From the IMG/VR virus record IMGVR_UViG_3300044644_001125, positions 186,001 through 250,000 of that record: a stretch of 64,000 nucleotides of DNA, one strand, 5' to 3'. Both the position numbers and the translations under genes were made by a program. The notes under the pieces were generated by a model. It worked only from the letters and a program-made list of their open reading frames with translations, was not told the origin of the DNA and made no database searches. Positions 57,237 through 64,000 of the stretch are shown here, piece after piece. Each line of letters starts with the position of its first letter. Position 1 is the first letter of the stretch.

Positions 57237-57272
57237 AGTTTTATCCTCTTTTGGTTAATTTGTAATATCGTG

Positions 57273-57300
57273 TTGACAAGTAAGATACATATGTTATAAT
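57273..57300 (+). promoter_or_regulatory. sigma70 promoter (extended -10) for the clpA C-half
   Basis: TTGACA-16-TATAAT with TGn. Confidence 0.75.
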
Positions 57301-57339
57301 GAGTCTTCATTCTATTTATTAACCATCAGGAGAGCTACA

Positions 57340-58578
57340 TTGATTACAGAAACACTACCAATTGGAAAAATGTTTGAGATATTGGAACAATATGAGAAAT
57401 TACGCTTCTCCCCAGATCGGGAACAGTTCCTTAATACTCCATTACAAATCCAAAACGAAAACGGCGAATGGATTGACATATCGGCCGCCATTACTAAAGA
57501 AGATACCGGTAGAGAAGTAAGATTCGATAACGGTGATTCGTTAAAAGCTGCTGATAGACATCGCATTTTTAACGGTGAAACCTGCATTTTCTTTGATTCA
57601 CTTAACGTAGGTGATTCTTTGAAAAAAGCTAACGGTGAAACCATCACAGTAACAGAAATTAACACAATCCCAGATACCCTATACTACGACCTTACAGTCG
57701 AGAGTGATACACATTTATACCAAACTGCTAATGGGATCGTCCATCATAACACGGAAACTTGTAGAAAACTAGCAGAAAAGATGCACATGCCATTAGTTCG
57801 TTTTGACATGAGTGAATACCAAGAGAAACACTCAGTGGCAAGATTGATTGGTTCACCTCCTGGTTATGTTGGATTTGAAGACAACGCAGGTCAGTTAATT
57901 ACTAAACTGCAAGAAAATCCACACTGTGTTCTGCTACTAGATGAAATCGAAAAAGCACATCCTGATGTAACAAATATCATGTTACAATTCATGGATAATG
58001 GATTTGTAACTGGTTCTAACGGTAAACAAGCAGATGGTCGTAACTGTATTCTTATTATGACGAGTAACTTGGGTGCTCGTGACAGTGAACGTAATACTAT
58101 CGGTTTTGGTGATTTAGCTAGAACTGGTGAAGATGATAAAGCAATTAACGAATACTTTGCACCTGAATTCCGCAATCGTTTAGATGCTATCATCAAGTTT
58201 GCTCCACTAGAACACAGCACAGTTCTTAAAATCGTGGATAAATTCATTGGTGAGTTAAACGCCCAGTTGAAAGACAAAGATATCTTAATTGAAATCGATG
58301 AAACTACTGCTGAATGGTTAGCTAAACTTGGTTACGATAAGAAAATGGGTGCTAGACCTCTTTCAAGAGTAATCGATACTAAACTGAAAAGTCCATTAAG
58401 TCGTCGTGTTTTATTTGGTGATTTGGTTAACGGTGGTCATGTTAAAGTTACTATTGAAAATGACGAACCCGTTTTCACAGTTTCTGAGTATGTTAAACCA
58501 GTAGTGGAATCAGATCAAAAACTGATCGTTGAAGATGGGCAATTGGTATTAGCTGATGATCACGCAGACGACAACTAA
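57340..58578 (+). CDS. clpA: split-intein C-fragment (137 aa) plus ClpA C-half (275 aa)
   Basis: AGGAG + TTG start; KAADRH (block B), YYDLTV..TH.Y.TANGIVHHN|TETCR; DMSEYQEKHSVARLIGSPPGYVG, LLLDEIEKAHP, PEFRNRLD, GARPL. Confidence 0.92.
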   Translation: MITETLPIGKMFEILEQYEKLRFSPDREQFLNTPLQIQNENGEWIDISAAITKEDTGREVRFDNGDSLKAADRHRIFNGETCIFFDSLNVGDSLKKANGETITVTEINTIPDTLYYDLTVESDTHLYQTANGIVHHNTETCRKLAEKMHMPLVRFDMSEYQEKHSVARLIGSPPGYVGFEDNAGQLITKLQENPHCVLLLDEIEKAHPDVTNIMLQFMDNGFVTGSNGKQADGRNCILIMTSNLGARDSERNTIGFGDLARTGEDDKAINEYFAPEFRNRLDAIIKFAPLEHSTVLKIVDKFIGELNAQLKDKDILIEIDETTAEWLAKLGYDKKMGARPLSRVIDTKLKSPLSRRVLFGDLVNGGHVKVTIENDEPVFTVSEYVKPVVESDQKLIVEDGQLVLADDHADDN

Positions 58579-59215
58579 GAAGTATTATGACAAGTGGCTT
58601 TACAAAGTCACAATAGATGTTAGTCAATACAGTGCTGCGTTGTTAAACTTCAATAAGTTCCGCAATCGTATGAAAGAATTCTGCGAAAACGGTTCTTATT
58701 GTTGGAGTTTTTCCAAACATCAACAACGTTTGTTGAACCTCCATAAAGATGCAATCATTGAATTGATTGATTTTGTAGATATGTATCCAAAAACGGATTG
58801 GACTGCTAGAACGGAATTTGACATTTCTATCTTTACAAATGACGTGAATATGTATAATGCGATGTGTGCTAAGTTTACTGTAATAGAAAGATGGGAACCT
58901 GACTTAACAAATCCTATATTGGATACACCCAATGTTATTTCTGTTAAGAAATTACCTTATGGTAAGTATAGGTTCAAGGTTTTCTTGAAACCACATAAGA
59001 TACTTGATCCAGCTGAAAAGCAGGAATATATCAAGTGGATGAATACACAAGTACCTCGTATTACATTCTCTGAAGCAATCCAAGATTGGATTATGTATAC
59101 AAGATGGTCTGGTGATGCAAGATATATCCTAGTAGAAGATGAACAAACTCTTTTGATGCTAAGGATGCGAAACCAAGCTATTATTGGTAGAATCTACGAA
59201 CATGTCGTAACTTAA
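58556..59215 (+). CDS. hypothetical protein
   Basis: 219-aa ORF overlapping the clpA end. Confidence 0.7.
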   Translation: MITQTTTKKYYDKWLYKVTIDVSQYSAALLNFNKFRNRMKEFCENGSYCWSFSKHQQRLLNLHKDAIIELIDFVDMYPKTDWTARTEFDISIFTNDVNMYNAMCAKFTVIERWEPDLTNPILDTPNVISVKKLPYGKYRFKVFLKPHKILDPAEKQEYIKWMNTQVPRITFSEAIQDWIMYTRWSGDARYILVEDEQTLLMLRMRNQAIIGRIYEHVVT

Positions 59216-59220
59216 CCCCA

Positions 59221-59249
59221 AAGGGTAGTACTCAGGTACTACCCTTTTT
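59221..59249 (+). terminator. Rho-independent terminator
   Basis: AAGGGTAGTAC-TCAG-GTACTACCCTTTTT. Confidence 0.85.
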
Positions 59250-59383
59250 CTTTATGGCTCGTGCCTATCGGCACTCGCTATCCAATATTAGAGTTAAACT
59301 TGTATATATCAATATATACGCATAATATGCGAGCTCCGCTAGGAGCGAGCCTAGAAATACCGAACTTTCAAGCTAAATACGGT

Positions 59384-59737
59384 ATGCAAAAAGAAAGTCA
59401 AATATTAATCTCTAACTACTCAAATGATTCGATGCCTACCGAATTTGCCTATACTTCTAAGCAAAAAGGTGCAGGTTATCAACATAATAACGATGGAAGT
59501 CATCTCGTTGTTTATCAATTTGACCAGTTTAAAGGTACAGTTAAAATCCAAGCAACCCTAGAGTTATATCCGGGTGAACAGGATTGGTTTGACGTGCCCG
59601 AAACAATCCTAGGCGGTGATAGTTCATACATATCCAGTGCAAATTCCTCATTCACATTCTGGGGTAAATTCATTTGGATTAGGGCTGCTTATCAACTAGA
59701 ACAAGGTACTATTGTACAAATCCGGTATCAGATTTAG
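59384..59737 (+). CDS. small beta-sandwich virion-type protein
   Basis: Late promoter at 59374, ATG 59384; G.V.IQATL...P...DWF...F.W.R. Confidence 0.65.
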   Translation: MQKESQILISNYSNDSMPTEFAYTSKQKGAGYQHNNDGSHLVVYQFDQFKGTVKIQATLELYPGEQDWFDVPETILGGDSSYISSANSSFTFWGKFIWIRAAYQLEQGTIVQIRYQI

Positions 59738-59758
59738 TACCAAGCAAAAGGAATACAA

Positions 59759-60607
59759 ATGCAATTACTAGAATTATTCGCATCGACCAAACGATTAACA
59801 GAAGACGCTAAGGAGTATTCTCCTATTGGTGCCCCATCAGAAGATGATTCGCAGGATATTGATTGGCTCGGTGACCTAAAGTTCTATATCGATAATGACG
59901 ATAAGTTACTGAATAACCACTTCTTTCCAGTTACCAAGAAACATCGCAAGTTTATTGGTAATCCAAATATCTATAAAATCTACATCAAACCTATATTAAC
60001 CAGTATTGACCAATACTGTGATCATTTTGATATTGAAGATCGAGATGAGAAATTCCCAGATTCTTTAATAAGAGAATTGGCAAGACACATCGCTGCTGAA
60101 CAAGAAGAGCATATTCATAATGGCGAGTATTTGAACTCAGTTAACACTGGTATTAAAGAAAGTGTAGAATTGCCTGGTAAAACCATAAGTGGTTCAATTC
60201 GTGAATTTAAGCATGGTGATACTAAAATCGCATATAGTCTACGCGATGATCATGTTGAGATATCATCTGTAAGAACACCACAAGCTAAAAGAGGTGCAGG
60301 TTCTGCTAGAGAAGCAATGTCTGAGTTTCTAAAAGCCACCGATAATGCAGGATTACCTACTAAATTGGCATCATCGCCATTAGATAACAAAACAAGTGGT
60401 AGTAAGCTAATTGCATTCTATAAATCACTTGGTTATAAGGAATCTGGTAATAAAATCAATGCGGTTGGTGATTTGGAATTAGTACGTCCGGTTGGTTCAA
60501 CTACTGAAGACGCGGCTGGTGTTGGTATTATTACCAAACAAAACTCAACAAAAGATGTTGGACCAGGCACTATTCGTAAAAACCTTAAGGCTTTTAAGTT
60601 GGTTTAA
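59759..60607 (+). CDS. modular head-type protein with internal GNAT-like domain
   Basis: MQLLELF..LTE leader; ISSVRTP..KRGAGSA...KLIAFYKSLGY. Confidence 0.6.
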   Translation: MQLLELFASTKRLTEDAKEYSPIGAPSEDDSQDIDWLGDLKFYIDNDDKLLNNHFFPVTKKHRKFIGNPNIYKIYIKPILTSIDQYCDHFDIEDRDEKFPDSLIRELARHIAAEQEEHIHNGEYLNSVNTGIKESVELPGKTISGSIREFKHGDTKIAYSLRDDHVEISSVRTPQAKRGAGSAREAMSEFLKATDNAGLPTKLASSPLDNKTSGSKLIAFYKSLGYKESGNKINAVGDLELVRPVGSTTEDAAGVGIITKQNSTKDVGPGTIRKNLKAFKLV

Positions 60608-60608
60608 T

Positions 60609-61229
60609 ATGCTACTTTTAGAATTGTTTAATGTCCGTGAAATGTCACAGATCATCGATCCAGTGACTCCAAAGATAGCAAGCCAAGCCGATAACTCGAT
60701 GTTCGCAAAATACAGACGTTTTTGCGAGCCAGTAGAGAAACTATCCGATACGATTACCTTGTACTACGGTGAAGGTAATACAAGAAATGTTTACATGGCA
60801 GCTAAAAGCGAAGGCGTTGAAGGTGATGAGAAAGTCGTTTACTTAATGGAATTTGAACGAGATTCAAATAGACTATTAGGTGAATTTGCTATCCAACGTT
60901 GGTTATGGATGGATAAAGCGTATAAAGGCGAACTTGGTAATCTTCCAACTCGCATGTTTAATGAACTTATAGACGATTACTTTACGGTTATTGCTGATTC
61001 AGAACAAACACCCGATGGTAAAAAGTTCTGGATGCGACAACTACATGCAGCATTTGGTAGTGGTTTAAATGTCTACTATGCCGATTTAAACAAAAATGTA
61101 TTAAAGCAATTACAGAAACCCGGTGATATTAGTCGTTATGACTTTGCTTATGGTGTTTGGACCAGAGCAGAATCTTCACTTGAAAAGGTTTTTGTTATTT
61201 CAAGCAAAAAACTGAGAGTGACGAAATGA
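60609..61229 (+). CDS. hypothetical protein with MLLLELF leader, possibly degenerate GNAT-like
   Basis: ATG 60609; DSEQTPDGKKFW. Confidence 0.6.
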   Translation: MLLLELFNVREMSQIIDPVTPKIASQADNSMFAKYRRFCEPVEKLSDTITLYYGEGNTRNVYMAAKSEGVEGDEKVVYLMEFERDSNRLLGEFAIQRWLWMDKAYKGELGNLPTRMFNELIDDYFTVIADSEQTPDGKKFWMRQLHAAFGSGLNVYYADLNKNVLKQLQKPGDISRYDFAYGVWTRAESSLEKVFVISSKKLRVTK

Positions 61230-61909
61230 ACATGAGAGATATACTAGATAAACTAGATTTGATTGAAGCTGTCGAAGATACTGATGTTGAGCCAAAAGAT
61301 AATGTACAAAACCCAGAACAACAAAATAGATTGGCACCTAACGGAAAACCAAGCAACTTAAATCCAGTTCAATACCAGCAGGTAAGAACACCTGAATTTA
61401 AGGCATGGTTTGGTGATTGGGAAAATAGCCCACAGTCTGCGAGTAAAGTCGTTGATGAGAATGGCGAACCTATGATAATGTATACTGGAACATCCAGTGA
61501 TAAGGATTTTGATAAATTCAAAACTCCAAAGAATGGTGTATGGTTCAGTAAATCAAGAGAATCCGCCGCAAATTATGCAATGCAGAATGATAGCCAAGAT
61601 GTAAAATATAACCCGAATACTGGAAAATATGATAACATCAATACTGCTAGTAGAGTAATACCGGTGTTCATAAATATTAAAACGCCACATACATCGACCA
61701 AATCCGACTTTGACAGAGTGAATGTTTCTAATTACAAAGCTGCTCAGGCAAAATTATTCAATGAGTTTCGTCAAGTAGGTTATGATGGTGTTCAATGGAA
61801 TTCATCAGATTGGGTGGCTATTGCCAATGCCAATCAATTCAAGTCTGCTATTGGTAATGCCGGATCTTTTAGCCAGAAATCCAGTAAAATTCACGAGAAA
61901 TTGCAATGA
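61226..61909 (+). CDS. ADP-ribosyltransferase-like (ART-PolyVal-type) protein 1
   Basis: VRTPEFKAWFGDW..SKVVDENGEPMIMYTGT; G.WFS; PVFINIK.P; GYDGV; NQFKSAIGN.G.FS. Confidence 0.7.
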   Translation: MNMRDILDKLDLIEAVEDTDVEPKDNVQNPEQQNRLAPNGKPSNLNPVQYQQVRTPEFKAWFGDWENSPQSASKVVDENGEPMIMYTGTSSDKDFDKFKTPKNGVWFSKSRESAANYAMQNDSQDVKYNPNTGKYDNINTASRVIPVFINIKTPHTSTKSDFDRVNVSNYKAAQAKLFNEFRQVGYDGVQWNSSDWVAIANANQFKSAIGNAGSFSQKSSKIHEKLQ

Positions 61910-62604
61910 ACATGAGAGATATCCTTGACAAGTTAAAACTGGTTGAATCTGAAGAACCCACCGCAGATACTACACAAGAACCAGTAAAACCAGAAACTAA
62001 AAGAAAATCGTTGGCCAAAGAACATGGTGAAGTATTCTCAATCGATGATGCTGTAATTGATGTCGATTTTAAAGCAGAATTTGCACCTAGACCACAATCA
62101 GTTATCGAATTCTACGTTCCAAAAGAATTACGTGGGCAAGGTATTGGTACCAAACTATTACAAATGGCTGTTTCCAAGTATCCAATGCTTGGTGGTCAAG
62201 TTAGTTCAATGGCTTCATTGAAGGTATTTTACAACTTAGATTTTAGAAATCCAAGTATTCCTAAAGGATCGATTCAAGATCATGTGGATATTATGAATGA
62301 TTATAGTTCAGTGTATATGGCACATACCGATGATAAAGGTGTACCGTACAGTAAACTTAAAACTGAATCAGTTGATATTAGAACTTTAGTTGATACTATT
62401 GATAAACTAGAATCAGAAATTCTAGCTGAAAAGTCTTTGAGTAAAGCACAACAACGGTTGTTTGGTGCGGTTAAACATGCCCAAGAAACTGGTGATGCAT
62501 CCAGTCCTAAAATAGCAAAGATGGCTAAGTCGATTAGTAAATCAGATGTTAAAGACTTTGCTAGCACTAAGCATAAAGGCCTACCTGAGAAAAAGAAGAA
62601 ATAG
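61906..62604 (+). CDS. GNAT-like domain fused to a DUF3008-like basic tail
   Basis: FYVPKELRGQGIGTKLL; KAQQRLFGA...MAKS.SK.DVKDFASTKHKGLPEKK. Confidence 0.7.
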   Translation: MNMRDILDKLKLVESEEPTADTTQEPVKPETKRKSLAKEHGEVFSIDDAVIDVDFKAEFAPRPQSVIEFYVPKELRGQGIGTKLLQMAVSKYPMLGGQVSSMASLKVFYNLDFRNPSIPKGSIQDHVDIMNDYSSVYMAHTDDKGVPYSKLKTESVDIRTLVDTIDKLESEILAEKSLSKAQQRLFGAVKHAQETGDASSPKIAKMAKSISKSDVKDFASTKHKGLPEKKKK

Positions 62605-62605
62605 T

Positions 62606-63418
62606 ATGGAAATCCGTTATCTTTTAGATAAGTTGAAGTTGATTGAGTCTGAGGTGGAACAGCCAAAAGATGATGAAGTTCAAGAACCCGTTAAGGCAGA
62701 ACCAGTCAAGCAAGAACCTCAAAAGGTTGATAAACCAGAACAACGATTGGCACCAAATGGAAAACCTTCCAAATTAAATGCTGGTCAATACCGCATGGTA
62801 AGAACCCCTGAATTCAAAGCATGGTTTGGTGATTGGGAACACGATGAACATAAGTATCAATCTAGTGAAATCGTTGGCGCGAATGAAGAACCATTAGTAT
62901 GCTATCGAGGCAACGTCGAAGATTTTGGTGATACATTCTCTTATGATAAGCAAAACCTAACACATAAATCAGTAAGTAATACATTTGGATTTTTCTTTAG
63001 TACAGACTCGAGCGATGCCACTCATTACACAGGTGACACGGGTAATACACAAGCCGTATTTTTAAATATAAGAAATCCATTAAGATTACGGCAAAAATAC
63101 ATTTCTGATATGGACGAGTTTGTTAAATTAATGAAAACCGCTAATGTGTCATTATCATCTGATACATTGGATAGTATCGTCAATTATTTGAATGGCATCC
63201 GTTCCTCATTTGATTTGCATGACACCCACAAATACTTAACCGGTGGTGGTTCATTACTACGTAATGATTTAATATCAGCTGGCTATGATGGTATGATGTT
63301 CCTCGAAAATAAACATGAAGGTGCAATCGTCGTTGCATTCAACCCAAACCAAGTTAAATCTGCGATTGGTAATGTAGGATTCAGTACCAAATCTGACAAA
63401 ATGCACGAGGAACTCTAA
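62606..63418 (+). CDS. ART-PolyVal-type protein 2
   Basis: ATG 62606; VRTPEFKAWFGDW, EPLVCYRG, GFFFS, VFLNIRNP, GYDG, AFNPNQVKSAIGN. Confidence 0.72.
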   Translation: MEIRYLLDKLKLIESEVEQPKDDEVQEPVKAEPVKQEPQKVDKPEQRLAPNGKPSKLNAGQYRMVRTPEFKAWFGDWEHDEHKYQSSEIVGANEEPLVCYRGNVEDFGDTFSYDKQNLTHKSVSNTFGFFFSTDSSDATHYTGDTGNTQAVFLNIRNPLRLRQKYISDMDEFVKLMKTANVSLSSDTLDSIVNYLNGIRSSFDLHDTHKYLTGGGSLLRNDLISAGYDGMMFLENKHEGAIVVAFNPNQVKSAIGNVGFSTKSDKMHEEL

Positions 63419-64000
63419 TGGAAATCCGTTATCTTTTAGACAAATTAAAGTTACTTGAATCTGAGCAATTACTAGCACCAAATGGAAAGCCAAGTAATTT
63501 GAATCCGGTTCAATACCAACAAGTAAGAACACCTGCTTTTAAAGCATGGTTTGGTGACAGTAAAGTAGTTGATGAAAACGGTGAACCCTTGGTTGTATAT
63601 CACGCAACTAATGCTGATTTTACTGAATTTGATACTAATTTAGGAAGCGGAGTAGCAGGTAAAGGTACTTACGTTACTTCAATAAAACCATCTAATGACA
63701 ACTATGGGAATTATGTAATGCCATTGTTTGTTAGTATTCGCAATCCTATCGACTTTTCAAGTGGTGATAAGGCAATAAACGATAAAGCTGAAGATTTAGG
63801 ATTGGAAGGATTATTCGAATTGTCAAGCCTAGCACAAATTGACAAGTGGAGTGGCGAGTTAAAACAAAAACTGCAACAAGAAGGATACGATGGTGCTGAA
63901 TTAAAGGGTGATGGTAATGCTAGATATTTCGTAGCATATAACTCGAATCAAATTAAATCTGCCATTGGTAATACCGGATCTTTCAGTCAGCAATCAAACA
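63418..64000 (+). CDS. ART-PolyVal-type protein 3, 3'-truncated by the window
   Basis: MEIRYLLDKLKLLESE...VRTPAFKAWFGDSKVVDENGEPLVVYHAT...GYDG..VAYNSNQIKSAIGN; not in the ORF track. Confidence 0.72.
   Translation, partial: MEIRYLLDKLKLLESEQLLAPNGKPSNLNPVQYQQVRTPAFKAWFGDSKVVDENGEPLVVYHATNADFTEFDTNLGSGVAGKGTYVTSIKPSNDNYGNYVMPLFVSIRNPIDFSSGDKAINDKAEDLGLEGLFELSSLAQIDKWSGELKQKLQQEGYDGAELKGDGNARYFVAYNSNQIKSAIGNTGSFSQQSN

Larger units (their letters stand above)
38168..59350. repeat. dispersed 22-nt hairpin element GCGAG-NNNN-GNTA-N'N'N'N'-CGAGC, 13 copies
   Basis: Forward at 38680, 40366, 42183, 47606 (variant), 51313, 51983, 52364, 54365, 59329; reverse at 38168, 43883, 50401, 59257. Confidence 0.9.

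Noticed and set aside
57312-57665. Minus-strand 117-aa ORF as a partner of the endonuclease
   Set aside because: Antisense to the IntC coding sequence, with no recognisable motifs
56027-57750. Frameshift or pseudogenisation of clpA
   Set aside because: Both halves are intact, the intein termini are canonical, and the C-half has its own promoter, SD and start
1-64000. Stop-codon reassignment as in some large phages
   Set aside because: TAA, TAG and TGA all terminate full-length recognisable genes, and coding density is high under the standard code

Overview
AT-rich segment of a large (jumbo-type) tailed phage genome, standard genetic code. It carries T4-style late promoters (TAAATA) and sigma70-type TTGACA/TATAAT early promoters. 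The first 38 kb is mostly core content: virion proteins, nrdB, nrdA with two mini-inteins, thyX, clamp loader, dCMP deaminase, UV endonuclease, bS21, ClpS, parvulin, GroES and one atypical tRNA. From 38 to 59 kb the core blocks (phoH; GH19 lysin/DnaJ; clpA) alternate with accessory islands. These islands hold 23 tandem small DUF1566/Lcl (C-type-lectin-like) paralogs in three clusters. Ten paralogs have 3' ends with the codon pattern of diversity-generating-retroelement (DGR) adenine mutagenesis, yet no template repeat or reverse transcriptase lies in this window. The islands are bounded in a fixed polarity by a 13-copy covarying GNTA-tetraloop hairpin, and one such island is empty. Other highlights are a clpA fractured by an atypically split intein (26-aa N-fragment) with an inverted Vsr-like endonuclease between the halves, and a promoter-driven ~440-nt structured non-coding region next to iteron-like repeats. 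A CTAAAAGAT motif is strongly over-represented, and a terminal cluster encodes ADP-ribosyltransferase-like and GNAT proteins sharing putative capsid-processing leaders. All family calls are from motif recognition by eye; no searches were run.
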